59,280 nucleotides of DNA from Octopus bimaculoides. Taxonomy: Eukaryota. Made by a program: the position numbers and the translations under genes. Positions 24,451 to 38,979 of this stretch are shown piece by piece. The notes under the pieces were generated by a model, which saw only the letters and a program-made list of their open reading frames with translations, was not told the DNA's origin and ran no database searches. Where the stretch lies: the NCBI RefSeq assembly GCF_001194135.2, contig NC_068983.1:121023220-121082499 (forward strand). The letters run 5' to 3'. Numbering within the stretch: position 1 is the first letter of the stretch; every line of letters starts with the position of its first letter.

Positions 24451-27400
24451 CCAATACATACCAGCAAAGTCCAATCCATGCCAGCATGGGAAAAAGGGTG
24501 TTAAATGATATGTATATCCTAACAAATGCATAAAAGTGTGAATGTATTTATACATACATATATGTAATTGTGTGTACGCATAAGTATGTATATACATAGA
24601 TATATATTCTTAGTAAAACAGTCTGTTTGCCCTGTCTATTCCAAATAGACTTTTCTCTCAAGACTGTCTCTCGTTACATAACATTTTCTGTAATGAAAAT
24701 TATATTTTAGTTGAGTGAAGTGTCTTGCTCAAGGAGAAAAATTTATGTGTAATTGGCCAGGTCAGACTCATAGGCCAACAATCTGAATCAGGATTTTAAA
24801 AATATAGTAAAGCTGTGAATTAATTGCTACAATGCTTAGCTAAATTATATGATATACCTTTATGTTAAAAATATTTACATTTATCCATAATTTGAATTAT
24901 TGCATTATTTCTCCTCAAAATATTAGACTGATGCAGAGCATTTTGCTATGCTAGAGATTTGTTGCTCTGGTTTTAAGTGCATTATCTAGCAGAGATATAA
25001 AACAATGTGATTAATATACCAGAAACAAATTGTAGTGTGTCTAGTATTGAGCTTGTTACAACTTTTCTCTCTTTTATAATATCTAATAATTACATAGCAG
25101 AAATCTTTCATATTGTCTTTCTGGAATCTTAGACAGTTGTGAATGATCTTCACTTGGTGGTGGATAATAGCATGTGTGGTGAGTTTAAGGTGAGGTGACC
25201 AGTTACTTAATCACCATCACTCAATACTAGCAATCAGACTCAAGACCAGAGGAAACGATTTGGGAGACTTTAGTCTGAGGAAGAATGCTAGAGAAGTTTC
25301 CAATTGTACTGTCTTTACTTAGGTCAGTTTTGAACTTGGCATTCTTATTGACATGCTGTACAGTACACAGCTGCTTACAAACTGCTGATTCTACCCATGT
25401 GGGAGTGGAAAGTATGATTGATAGAATATAAGGTATGATCTTTTAGTTAGTCATCCAGCACACTATCTTCTCAACCTAATGTAACTCTACAAAGTGGTAA
25501 AACTCCAATCTTCTTTGAACAAGTAATAAAATTAGTTAAAATTTTCAAATTTAAACCTAGGACCTTGCCAACAAGAAGAATTCCTAAACCTTGGACTATC
25601 ACCTGTTGGTCAACAAAGTTTCATTTTGTGAAGTAGGAATAATTTGTAGGTTTCTCGAGAGTTCAGTTTTGTTTGAAATCAATGTGCATAGTTCATCATA
25701 GTTCTTTAAATTAAGAAAAAAAATTTCATTGAGAAAAGATGGAATGATGCCTCCTGTTACTTACCTAGTTTCAACATTTCTTTCTTACAACATGTGGTTT
25801 GCTTTTGTCATGACTTCAGGTCATTGTTGGGAAGGTATTTGATCTCAAAATTGTTAATCTATCTAACATGGCTATCTATCATGCCCCAGTTATCACAATT
25901 GTACCCAGCTATATTAAAGCTTAAGTGCTGTTGAACTTTCTCAATACGTATGGTTCAATAGTAACTAACTAATGACCCAAATATCTGCTGTGTTTATCCA
26001 CTATTCAACTATGTTAACACCTGCAACATATGGAAATTTAAACCTGAGTAAAATTCTGAGAATTTGACTACTCTCTTTGCAGAGATACAATAATATGAAT
26101 AAAATAGATAACTGAATAAGTAGCCAGTATATCTCAGTAAATAGTTGTCTTTATTAATGAATTAGAAATATCTAAATAGATAAAACTGTCTCATCAATCA
26201 TATTATCTACAATAAGATATATAGAATGTTGAAAAAGTTTAGAACAGAGTTATAGTACTTATTCATATCTCTCACCCACCAAACTTATATAATGAATTTA
26301 TCAAGTCTACTTTATCTGATTAGACACTTCCTTAAAGGGTGGAAGCATTAAGCAGACAACAGACAATTATTGAATTGAAAAGAAATGTGTGTGAGACCTG
26401 ATTTTCACTATATTTTCCAACTGCTCAGAGAGGGTGATAATGTTGAAAATACTGCCCTTCCAAAACTGAATGTAATGATAGATAGGTAAACAAACTGCCA
26501 AGTAAAAACGTGTACAAACATTAATCTAGCTTGGATAACTTTTCAACACCTTATGGACTTTGCTACTAAAGACCACATCTCTTTAGATTAAAGCATTTGG
26601 ACAACTTGGAGGTTTTGGAACTAAAAATGATTTTTCTATAATAGACATCATCAAAATTTCCTTTAGCCATTTAAAAATGTTACCATTATGCAAGTTTTCA
26701 CCATTCAGATTGTAACCTGCAACAGTTAGTTTGAGCTTCACAGGATGAAATTTCCTCATCCATCCCATTTTTTAAAAAATTTTGTTTTCCTTAGAGAAAA
26801 CAAAAGATTGACTAAGTATTTGTTGCTAACATTAAAGTAAAGATAGAGGTTAGTGTATTATGTTGGAGTATCATTGTTAGAAGAATTGCTCTTTATAGAT
26901 TATGATCTGTATTATTTATTGCTCATAGATGTTGTCACCGAGAGAGGGTTATGGCTCAGTAGAGAGTGTGTGGTGTTGATGAGTGAATATACAAACATAA
27001 AATTTCACTTGTTAAAGTTATCTCTACAGATTTTCTATAGAAATTATAGCCAGCACTGATTTTGTTATAATGTTTCTTATATTGACTTAAAAACATGTTT
27101 AATATACTTTGTAGTATATTATGGTTGCATAACAAAATACACTGTCCCTAGAGGTCATTAATATTTAAAACATGAAACTGAAAATCAAAAAAAAAAAACT
27201 GGTTTGCTGGACAATCTATTTTAGTGCTTTGTATTTTATCAACATTCTCACTTGTTTAAAAAAGGAAGAAGACAGAGATCAAACAAATCGGTTTGCAACT
27301 TAATAAACAAATTAAACATTTGATATGTTGATCCCTTTTATAACTATAAATCTGTTGATATGTTGTGTAGAGAAATTAATTCTTATTAGTCTGTTTACAT

Positions 27401-29444
27401 AGAAGTATGCTCCATGAATTGGCTTACATATGATATATATATAAATATTGTTGCCAACCTGTGTCATGCATATGTAACCTGAGATTGGTATTTTTATAAA
27501 CACACTAATTTTTTTCTTTTCATGTTTACAGTATCAGGTTACAATCTTATAGCTTTTCAGATGAAAACAATTTACATTCTTTTTTATTATTTCTCACCAA
27601 AACTGAAAAATCAAACTATACCAGCTCTATTATTATATATTTGTTGGAGTTTCTTACTGCAGTTTTTGTGTTTTTCAAGTTAAAAATAAAACTATTTTTA
27701 GTTTTGTTTACTGTTGTTCTAAGTTCAGGATTAAACTCTTTTGAAGCATGCATCTTACACCTTTTTGGCTTTTATTATAATTGAATGTCTTTGTTTCTTG
27801 AAAGCTTTCTTCTTGGCTTTCTCATTGTTTGGCATTCTTGGCATATGTGTAGCCACATTTTCACCTTATTCTACATGTTATCTTTCTGTGCCTGCCATTA
27901 TTACTATCTTCCCTGAACCAGCCCCAAACTGAAGTTATTTACCAGCCAACTGAGTTGGTGTCAGTGTGTTAGGAGGATGCCTTCTTACCAGTCTAAACAT
28001 CATCTGACAAGCTGGTCTAAACCAGAAACACATTAATTAGTTTTGCAACAACTGTTATCTCAGATCATACTTGTTTTAGTCATCTTCTGAGTATTAACAA
28101 TCTTTTCACTAAGACCTACTGCATACTACTATTTTAACCACTCTTCAGTTAACCTATCCAGCCACCAAAAACTTAGATGTCTTTGTTTAATTGAGTGCAT
28201 CTTACAAAATTATTGACTCAAGGAAGTTCAAATTTTTATCAATAATTTCAAAGTAAAATTATTTTTCTATTTTTTTTAGTTGTTTTAGTAAGTTATTTGA
28301 ATATATGTTAATTGTTGTATGATGTGTCAAGCAAAATCAGTGTATGACATATGGCATAGACTCTACAGAAAATACAAAGCATATAATTAATTACTATGTA
28401 ATGTGTTTGAAAACTTATACCCATATAACTAAAAAATATTCCCTGAAGATATTGGTGGCTAAAATCATTTATATAACAGCATGTAAAAAAAAAAGATTCC
28501 ATAACTTGGAAAATGGTAAGGTTGATTGATGGACAGCACATCTGCCTGTAAAATATTACCTCAAATATACATTCGACCTATGCCAACATAGAAAAAAAGG
28601 ACGCAATGCAAATGAATCAATTGTTAATAGTATTAGAAAATAATCAAATACTGACAACATATTTTGAGAAAAAGTTCCTTTTGTGTGTTTGTTTTTCCTA
28701 TTGACTTTGAAGCAAGATTATTGTGCATAGCCCTACAAATTACCATTCTGGTTTTAGATTTCAAATTAACCATAACATTATGATTCCTTAAGTATTCATT
28801 GCGACAATGTCTTTATACATACCATGTTCTAATGTCCATAGCCATTGCTTCTATTATCTACTACTTGCTAACAGTTGATTCTGGTATTTATGAAACTGTG
28901 TAAAGCCTGGGGGGACTGTATCTTAACAGAATAACATTGACTTCTTTGTATGTGTTAACAGCAGGTCATAGCTGATTCACTTCATTCTTTTGATATTAAT
29001 TTAAATGCAAAACTGTCTGATTGTGTAGCTTATTTATCTTTGCAACAATCTGGCCATTTTTTACATAACAAGATCACAATTGTTAGTTTAAGCAACTGCC
29101 ATACTTGACTGGTATATATTTTACTGAGCATCTGTTGGATGAATCACAAAGTTGACCTTCGTGGGATTTGCAAGGCATTTTGTTTGGAACTCCTATCTTT
29201 TTACTCCTTCCTATCTTCCACCACAGTATTGGTTTCATATAATATTTTTCAGATTAGTTATAAAGTGTAACCAGAAAACTAATAACCTGTTTAATGGCTT
29301 GGCATACTGTTTCTGTTATGGTTAGATAATGTGCCCTTTGGTTCTTGGTCTTGCCATTAATATCAGCTTGGTGATGCTTCATGGGCCTGGGAAATATGGA
29401 GAAACTTTAATTTCCAGCAAATGAATGCATATGCTTAATAGACA

Positions 29445-29480
<36 letters not shown>

Positions 29481-29601
29481 CAACCATCTATCACTGTTAT
29501 TGCAAACCACCACTACTTTCATTTTTGCTCCATATCTTCTCTTTTCCTACTTCTCTCTTTCTCTCTCTCTCTCTCTCGCACCCTCTCTCTCTCTCTCTCG
29601 C

Positions 29602-29659
<58 letters not shown>

Positions 29660-30833
29660 ATGCCACCTTACCTTTTTCTCTCTTCCCATCACACCACTGT
29701 TTCTTCTATAACATCTCTCCTGTTTTAATCATATTGGCTCCATCAGTTTTAATTAAATTTAAATTAAAAAGAAAGAAACCTTCAATTAAACACTCTCCTG
29801 CAGCTCTAAACTGATATGAACTTTGACTTCTTGAAATTAGAGCCAGTAAATCTGCCATGGTATATTAGATGACACTTTAGAAAAGAAACAAAAAAATTAT
29901 CTGGAAAATAAATAGCAATAGCAACATCAACAAAAAACATTTGCTCTGCTGTATTTCAGTACATGTTAAGTATCAATTAATAATATTATTTTGCTATGGT
30001 ATATGGAATGAAATTCAAGACATAACAGTTGACTGAGAAACTATGGAACGAATCCACAGACATAATTCATGATAGATATGTTTATTTGTGGGACAGTTGA
30101 CTAATAAACTATGCAATAAAATTAAAGACGTAATCTATTACAGACACATTTATATTATCAATATTATTCATAAGATAATTGCCTAAGAAATATTTTAATT
30201 AAGTGTAGTATATTATTGATATATACTTTTAGAATCTATAGCCCTCCAGAGCAGCTACTATTCTTTGTTCTCTGGGAATGTTGGTTCAAGCCCAGCAAGG
30301 ATTTAGTACATCATATTCAGATTTATTATAGCATTACTAATGCAAGCATATGCTAAAGAAATATAAGAGATACATAATCTTTGATTTCATTCCATAGTTA
30401 AGATTGTTTAAAGTGTTTTGTCGTATATATTTAACAATAGAAAGATGCAAAAAAAAAAACAAATTAGTATTTTCTCATGGACAATGTTGCAGAGTCTTTT
30501 GTTAGAGCTAATACAGTCATTCATTATTTAAAGACAAACGCAACAGCTAACAATCCTCAAGGTTTAAAGAGGTAACAAGCAAGTCTTTATGAAACAACTG
30601 TATATGCAAAGAATATGATTTTCAAAGATGGTCTATCCAAATACCACATCTACAGTCTTTGTGGACTTCACACCTTCTCAAGAATTAAATTAAATTTAAA
30701 ACAATAATTGTTCTCTATAAATGTCCAACAGGCTTCTGATTTTCAAAATAACCATGGAATTTCTATGGTTATTGTTACTTAATTATTCTGAAATTTGTGT
30801 TTAGATTTGAAATAATGGTGATTTTATACAATA

Positions 30834-32260
30834 CACTGAAGCGCAAAAGAAATGCATGACATGTGTGACTGTGAAATATGTTTTAATTTCCTTATGTCAG
30901 AGATAAATTTTGATAAATCTGATAATGTCAATTTCTTGGATGCACTTTGACTACAGTCTATGGGTCATTGTCATGTGTTCTGTTAGCAGGCAGATCCAAC
31001 ACATCGAGATTGTAGGATGTGAGACATGTTCAATACTATGTATGCCCTCCCTGGGTGTCCAAAACGGCCATACACCATCAGTACATGGAGTGCATGAAGT
31101 GGTTCACAAAAGCTATTGGTACTTGTGCCCACAGGCTGAGGAAAACTGCCTCCAGTTCCACACAAGTTGTCAGCCTTGGGACCACCTGGTTCAGCTGTCT
31201 CTACATTTCATCCCACAGGTGTTCATTTGAGGTCAAATCTGGGCTTGGAGCCAGCCATGGCATGGTTCTGATGTTGTACTGATGCAGGAAGTCCATGGTG
31301 AACCTGACCGTGTGGGAGGGAGCATTGTCATGCTGGAACACATGGCTCTGGTGATGTGCAAAGAAGGGCATGATGTGAGGTCTTAGGATCTGGTCAACAT
31401 AGCGCTGCACTGTGATGCCATTCCCTCTGCTCACACCAACATTTTGGAACACATGGGGCCCAGTTCTTAGATTCAGGCTTATAACATCCCAAACCATGAT
31501 GATTTAGCCATCCCACGCGTCTCTCTCCATGACACATGCATCTCTGCAGCGTTCATCCCTCCTATGCCACACCCTCACTCTACCATCCGAGGTGAAAACA
31601 CAGTACTGGCTCTCATCAGAGAAGGCTATCGACCTCCATTGTTGATGCTGCCAATGTTGGTGCTGTATAGCCCACTGTAGTTGTGCCTGGCGGGTGGTGT
31701 GGACAGGCCCTCGAGCAGGATAACGGCAATGCAGGTTGTTGGCGGCCAGTCAATGTTGTACCATGTCGTTACTGATGGGTCGCTGTCCAGTTCCAATAGT
31801 CCTGTGAGCTGTCACACCGCTCAGTCTGAAGCAACTATGGAGGTGTTGCAGGTGGGTGAAGCAGTCCTGCCTGGGCGTGGTCACTCAGGGGTGCCCTCTG
31901 TGGGCACAGTCTGCAGTGCTGTTGGTGTTGTATCGCTGTCGCAGGCAATAGATGGTGCTGACATGAACATTGTAAGCTTTTGCAACAACCTGGGCACACT
32001 GCCCTGCTTGCAATTGGCCAATTGCTTGTTCGCTCTGCATTGCTGCCAATCAGGTTATACCTGATGCATCAAAATTATGAATGCCAGGAACGCAGTTCAA
32101 GTTGATTTTTATACCCATAACCTCCACAAGATGCACATGCATTTCAGTTTTCATGACATTTTGGCATCTCATTTCAGGGTAAGTTGAAAGGTTACCTGCA
32201 ATTTGGATCTCAGCCATGAACCAGCATGTCATGGAATATTTACACTTACATCCCTGAAAT
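30834..32260 (-). mobile_element. Near full-length decayed Tc1 transposon (DD34E); transposase about 32058 to 31030
   Basis: TA|cactgaagcgcaaaagaaatgc terminus at 30834. Minus frame EQAIGQLQAG...VHVSTIY...WRSIAFSDES...IMVWDVIS...FQHDNAPSH...SPDLTSNEHLWDEM...GGHT, with exactly 34 residues between D and E and several stops. The right TIR is degenerate, so that boundary is approximate. Confidence 0.93.
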
Positions 32261-34193
32261 AAATTTTCAGAATTTACCATATAAAAATGACAGTGTAGAT
32301 ATTGCAAAGACATAGAAATTGTAACATTTAACTATGTTGTCTCATTACAGTGGGCATCATTTAGAATCTGGGAACTGTAGGGCTTAAATTATGGTTAAGT
32401 GAATACCAATCTGACTGTAGAATTCTCTTTCACTTCATATTTCTCTAAAAGATTTTCTTGTCTCACTTTTGTTATCTATGGCTCTGACCAAAATACTTTC
32501 TTCCAGTTATCTTGTTTTTTTTTTTGTTTTGTTTTTTTATCTTGCTGTTTTTTTTAATTTTCAGGCTGGCTCTAATTGAGCTTGCTTTTGAACAAAGGCA
32601 ATCCAGCAACAATAGTCCCATTTCTTCATAAATTTATGATTACATTGTCCAGTGTGTTCTTTGTTTTTTACTATCATCATCATCATCATTTAACGAGGCT
32701 ATGTGCCCTTCTTATCACCAGATGCCCTTCCTGTTGCCAACCTCTACTGTTTCTAGGCAAGGTAATCTGGCTACTATTTAGAGCAGGTCATTTGAACATA
32801 CAGAAGCTCTTTTGTTGGGTCAAGGGACATCAGGTTGTAAGATAACAGATGAGAAATCTTTATTTATTCACTTTTTAGAATAGATGTTCGGGTTCTTGAT
32901 AAAACTAGTAGTTAGACCAGTGGAAGAGGTTTTTTTGTATTTGTTTAAGGATAAAGAAACCAATACTAAGTCCTGTCTAAGAAGCTAGTTCATTATTCAA
33001 TCATACTAACTATGCCAAGTAATACCAAACAGTATAACTAGGTATAGCTAGTATGGTTAATGTTCAGTTTCTGTTTTCTAATAACAAACATTTCCCTAGG
33101 TATATATGTATAAATGTATTTGTATACATGCAGTTGTCAGTATATATGTTCATCTGTATATGTGAGAGTGTGTATGTCTGTGAGAGACAGAAAGAAAGAG
33201 AGAGAGAGAGATGGGTATAGATTTCACAGAGGCAAGCAAGAAATCGTAGAGAGACATGAGAATATGTACACTGTATACATGTCATTACTATTTGAATGGA
33301 ATGCATAGACATTGAAGCGGAAGTAAGGAAATGCATAAAAGAAGTACACAAACTCTATTATTTGAATCTAATCAGTTGGTAGGAAAGCTTCCATATTGAG
33401 TGACACTAGTTAGTTGTTATACAAAGTCTTATTCTGTAGAAACTTCTGATAGTATAAACACCAAATAGTTTGCATTCACACTTTATAAGCATTAAAATAT
33501 ATTCCAGTATCTAGTTATAAAATCACTCACCACACATACACTCATTCTGTTATAGTGGGTGTTCTTAGATTCTCTTCAGTAGCTCGATCAGGAAAGGAAG
33601 AGCAGTTACTTGATGTTTTAAGGCTTGTAAAATGAATATGGTTGATGCAAGGCCTGTAGAGAAAACATGAGTTGGAAAGGAAAATTTTATTGCAAGTGTT
33701 TGTGATTTCGATAACCAAGTAGTGACTATAAATCAGGTAGTGTGATCAAACAATTGCTAGTGATAAGGACACCATATCTAAGTATTGTTGAACTTATCTT
33801 AAACAGCTGTTTTTTTTTGCTGTTGTTAGCCCCCAGTTAGTCCTGATTGGGAAGTTATATGATCAATGTACACTAACTGTGACCATCTCATCTTTTTATT
33901 TATTTGTATTTGCTTTTTGCTGGTTTCAGCCAAACACTGTGGTCAACTGGGACTCTGCCTTTAAAAACTAAAGGTTTTACTTCCTGCACATAGGTTTCTC
34001 AAGTTGTTACTTGTCAAACTATACTAGGCTTGAAGTTGCTTACCTTCAGTGATGGGATTAGAACCAGTGTTTGTAATTAATAATACACCTTGGACTGTAT
34101 TCAATGTGTCCTTCCTTTTCCGTTTATGGTGTCAGGATATGCTTTAAGGAAGCTTTGGTTGTTATTTCTTGCAAGTTGAGTAATCATGTAGAG

Positions 34194-34450
34194 CAGAGAT
34201 TCTCAACCAGGGTCTATATGGCCTTTGTGAGTTCATATAAGATTTTGTTACTAAAATTCATGTGCAATAAATTGCTTATACTTCTACAATACACAAAATA
34301 TTTTTATTTTTTTCTACACATTTCCTAATAATATTTAATTACATAAATACAGTAGGATCCTTTTTATATACATTGAATAGCTGTGGAGGCCCAGTAGAGT
34401 AAAATAGGAATCATAGGGATCCATAAGCAAAAAATGGTTGAGAAACGCTG
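34194..34450. mobile_element. hAT-Charlie-type MITE (257 bp)
   Basis: TIRs cagagattctcaacc / ggttgagaaacgctg. Exact 8-bp TSD atgtagag (34186-34193 / 34451-34458). Confidence 0.9.
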
Positions 34451-34786
34451 ATGTAGAGGTTCCCTCTATTGTATGTCTTACAACTGTTACTATGTATGGC
34501 AGGAACAATGCCGTCTAACAAGTCAATTGTCAAGTTGCCTAACTGTTTTCTTTTTCAAGGATAACCAGACATGTTTTCTACTTGAGATCTAAGATGATAT
34601 GTATTTTAGCTATACATTTACAAAAAAGACTTCTCCCTGCTTCATCTGTCTTCTTTGTCTCCTCTTTCTTCAGTTTTCAGTCTTCTTCCTCCTCTTCATC
34701 ATTGATGCTAGTTGTAGCATGCTGCTGCCACCTCCCCCAGCTCTTCTTCCTACTTTTTTTATATTCTTGATTGGCAGACTCTAGAC

Positions 34787-35100
34787 CATAGGTTCTCAAA
34801 ATGGGCACTACCCCCCCCCCCCATCCAGCAGCCGCTGTTGCTGCCTAAGGGGGTGGTGGGGGTTGTGGTAGTAGAGAAAAAGGAGGCAGTGGATTGGGGG
34901 ATGCTAATCAATTTATTATCATATTATCATAGTATTGTATACAAATTATATAATATTTGTATTAAATATCAAATGATACATAGTATATATAAATTAGTAA
35001 AATATAAAATATTTATTTATACATAAAAATAGAGGTGGAGCGCTGAGGGTATTATGTGGCCATGAGCTGGGCGGTGGGCCAAAAAGTTTGAGAACCTCTG
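34787..35100. mobile_element. hAT-Charlie-type MITE (314 bp)
   Basis: TIRs cataggttctcaaa / tttgagaacctctg. TSD ctctagac / ctctagag fits the nTCTAGAn Charlie target. Confidence 0.9.
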
Positions 35101-35254
35101 CTCTAGAGTAGTGAAGTAAAATGCTTTTTGGTATTTAGTGATATCCCATTATGTTCCAAGCTCAAATCTCACTGAGATCAGCTTTGCTTTACATCTTTTT
35201 CAGTTGAAAAAGAGACAGTCAAGTACTGGGGCACTTTAAATTGACTATATCCTT

Positions 35255-35467
35255 TAACTCTTTTACTTGTTTCAGTCATTTGACTGTGGCCATGCTGGAG
35301 CACCGCCTTTAGTCGAACTAATTGACCCCAGGACTTATTCTTTGTAAGCCTAGTACTTATTCTATCGGTCTCTTAAGCCGAACCGCTAAGTTACGGGGAC
35401 ATAAACACACCAACATTGGTTGTCAAGCGACGTTGGGGGGACAAACACAGACACACAAACACAACAG

Positions 35468-35514
<47 letters not shown>

Positions 35515-35685
35515 TATATATACGACGGGCTTCTTTCAGTTTCTGTCTACCAAATCCACTCATAAGGCTTTGGTCGGCCCGAGTCTATAGTAGAAGACAC
35601 TTGCCCAAGATGCCACGCAGTGGGATTGAACCCGGAACCATGTGGTTGGTAAGCAAGTTACTTACCACACAGCCACTCCTGCGCC
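35255..35685 (-). mobile_element. SINE family B, full length
   Basis: Minus head ggcgcaggagtggctgtgtggtaagtaacttgcttaccaaccacatggttccgggttcaatccc, with an internal (CA)n. Confidence 0.9.
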
Positions 35686-35840
35686 CAAAATATTTGAAAC
35701 CTTTTGTTTCTGTTAGAATCTCTATCCCATTTGAGATGCTCATAATATTGAAGACTTATTTCCTTAAATATTTATACTTTTTCCCCACCTTTTTAAGATT
35801 ATCATATATGCATGCATGTGAGTATATATATATATGTATA

Positions 35841-35871
<31 letters not shown>

Positions 35872-36068
35872 CATAATGTCTGCACTCTCATACATTTATA
35901 AGCTTCTACATGTAAGTACCCGTATGTATACACATAAACACGTGTGTGTGCATGTATGTGTGCATCTATTTATCTCTCTTTTTTTTTCCTCTCTCTCTCT
36001 TTTTCTCTCTCTATACATATATATACACACACAAACAGGTGCACACATTTATATATGGTCAGAGGAAG

Positions 36069-36146
<78 letters not shown>

Positions 36147-36714
36147 ATGTGTGTGTGTGTATGTGTATGTAAGCATTCACACACATATAATCACCAAGTT
36201 TTTTCACTTTCTTTGTTTTTCCTAATGATGCTCTCTTAGTTGAGAATGATTACTAATTACTACCACCACCACTAGTGCTATCAACACTTCTACTTCTGTC
36301 ACTAATACTACCACTAATACCACCAATACTATTACTGTTGCAGCTACCACTGTTCATTTTAACCTTCCTCCCTTTGCCATCCCTTCAAAAAGAAGTCTGT
36401 ATTGCTATAAAACTAACTCAAGCAGACTTATTGTAAACAACGCATAGAAGATTTTTCTGGATTTCAGTTATTTCTTTTTCCACGCTTAACCTGTACATAT
36501 AATTATCAGTGAGTAGATGTTGATAAATGTGCATATGTGTATATACTTTTCTTTTATCTGTTTCACCTGTGATGATGGAACAGTAAAATAGTTACGTTCA
36601 TTTAAATAACAAAGTAAAACAAAAGGAGCATCACTCTTATTTAATTCAAGTTACAAGAACATGATCATTTAGATTGGTGTGTATGTATGTATACACACAG
36701 ATATGCATATATAC

Positions 36715-36865
36715 AGCTGATTGGCGTTAGGAAAGGCATCCAGCTGTAGAAACTCTGCCAAATCAGATTGGAGCCTGGTGTTGCCATCCGGTTTCACCAG
36801 TCCTCAGTCAAATCGTCCAACCCATGCTAGCATGGAAAGCGGACGTTAAACGATGATAATGATGA
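36715..36865 (+). mobile_element. Young RTE LINE 3' tail
   Basis: ttggcgttaggaaaggcatccagctgtagaaactctgcc...ggacgttaaacgatgat. Confidence 0.85.
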
Positions 36866-37094
36866 TATATATAGTTATGGTATATTCCATTAGGAACATG
36901 GCAGAGTAAAGGAAATACTGGTTCAATACCTAGTATTGTTAGGGAATAAAATTCCCTTAGAACAATAGATATATATTAAGCATACAGTTTATATCCACTT
37001 TAAAAAAGAAAAGAAAATGAAGATAAGGAAGTTATCAATTATTTATTATCAACAAATTGGTCATCATTTGTTAATGATAATTATAAATAATATA

Positions 37095-37255
37095 GGTGCA
37101 GATGTGGCTGTGTGTTAAGTAGATTGTATCCCAACCACATGGTTGCAGGTTCAGTCCCACTGTGTGGCACCTTGGGCAAGTGTCTTCTGTTATAGCCTCA
37201 GGCCAACCAAAGCCTTGTGAGTGGATTTGGTAGACGGAAACTGAAAGAAGCCTGT

Positions 37256-37304
<49 letters not shown>

Positions 37305-38525
37305 NNNNNNNNNNNNNNNNNNNNNNNNNNNNNNNNNNNNNNNNNNNNNNNNNNNNNNNNNNNNNNNNNNNNNNNNNNNNNNNNNNNNNNNNNNNNNNNN
37401 NNNNNNNNNNNNNNNNNNNNNNNNNNNNNNNNNNNNNNNNNNNNNNNNNNNNNNNNNNNNNNNNNNNNNNNNNNNNNNNNNNNNNNNNNNNNNNNNNNNN
37501 NNNNNNNNNNNNNNNNNNNNNNNNNNNNNNNNNNNNNNNNNNNNNNNNNNNNNNNNNNNNNNNNNNNNNNNNNNNNNNNNNNNNNNNNNNNNNNNNNNNN
37601 NNNNNNNNNNNNNNNNNNNNNNNNNNNNNNNNNNNNNNNNNNNNNNNNNNNNNNNNNNNNNNNNNNNNNNNNNNNNNNNNNNNNNNNNNNNNNNNNNNNN
37701 NNNNNNNNNNNNNNNNNNNNNNNNNNNNNNNNNNNNNNNNNNNNNNNNNNNNNNNNNNNNNNNNNNNNNNNNNNNNNNNNNNNNNNNNNNNNNNNNNNNN
37801 NNNNNNNNNNNNNNNNNNNNNNNNNNNNNNNNNNNNNNNNNNNNNNNNNNNNNNNNNNNNNNNNNNNNNNNNNNNNNNNNNNNNNNNNNNNNNNNNNNNN
37901 NNNNNNNNNNNNNNNNNNNNNNNNNNNNNNNNNNNNNNNNNNNNNNNNNNNNNNNNNNNNNNNNNNNNNNNNNNNNNNNNNNNNNNNNNNNNNNNNNNNN
38001 NNNNNNNNNNNNNNNNNNNNNNNNNNNNNNNNNNNNNNNNNNNNNNNNNNNNNNNNNNNNNNNNNNNNNNNNNNNNNNNNNNNNNNNNNNNNNNNNNNNN
38101 NNNNNNNNNNNNNNNNNNNNNNNNNNNNNNNNNNNNNNNNNNNNNNNNNNNNNNNNNNNNNNNNNNNNNNNNNNNNNNNNNNNNNNNNNNNNNNNNNNNN
38201 NNNNNNNNNNNNNNNNNNNNNNNNNNNNNNNNNNNNNNNNNNNNNNNNNNNNNNNNNNNNNNNNNNNNNNNNNNNNNNNNATATATATATATATACATTT
38301 ATTTATGTTTGTATGTCTGTGTTTGTCCCCACCACCATCACTTGACAACTGATGTTGATGTGTTTACGTCCCTTTGACATTGTGGTTCAAGAAAAGAGAC
38401 TGATGAAATAAGTATTAGGCTTACAAAGAATAAGCCCTGGGATTGATTTCTTCAACTAAAAAAAAGCCCCATGGTCGCAGTCAAATGACTGAAACAAATG
38501 AAAGAAAAAAAAGAATAAAAAGAAT
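37095..38525 (+). mobile_element. SINE family B with an N-gap (37305-38280) in its internal microsatellite
   Basis: Head at 37095-37255, (TG)n(TA)n, gap, then the 3' half tgtctgtgtttgtcccc...cagtcaaatgactgaaacaaat. Confidence 0.85.
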
Positions 38526-38979
38526 ACACACATACACACACATACATGCGCACGCATACATAGTCAACCTTAGTTTTTTTATTAAATATTGATTATTTCG
38601 CTAAAACCATCTTAAGTAGTGGATTTAGTGATTATGGTGAAGATGGCAGGACAGTGCTGTTGTGAAATAAGACAGAAATAATCATTGTCAGTGTTAATCA
38701 TCATTGCTTGATCATCTCTCAATCATATTGTCAGCTGTTGTAGAACTGCCAGCTGTATCTCTTTCAATCACTTGTTCACACTCATTACTTGCTTCACCTA
38801 TTCCTTTCAATCACTCACCCCAATAACTCTGGGGCCCCCAACTACTAGGCCACTAACCAATACCAGATCATGGATCATTTGGTACCAGACCATACAGAAA
38901 GAATAAATTTTTTAATTCATTCTTTCTGTTTGCAATTTGTTGTGTATTTTTGCATTATGTGTGTATTATATATGTAATA

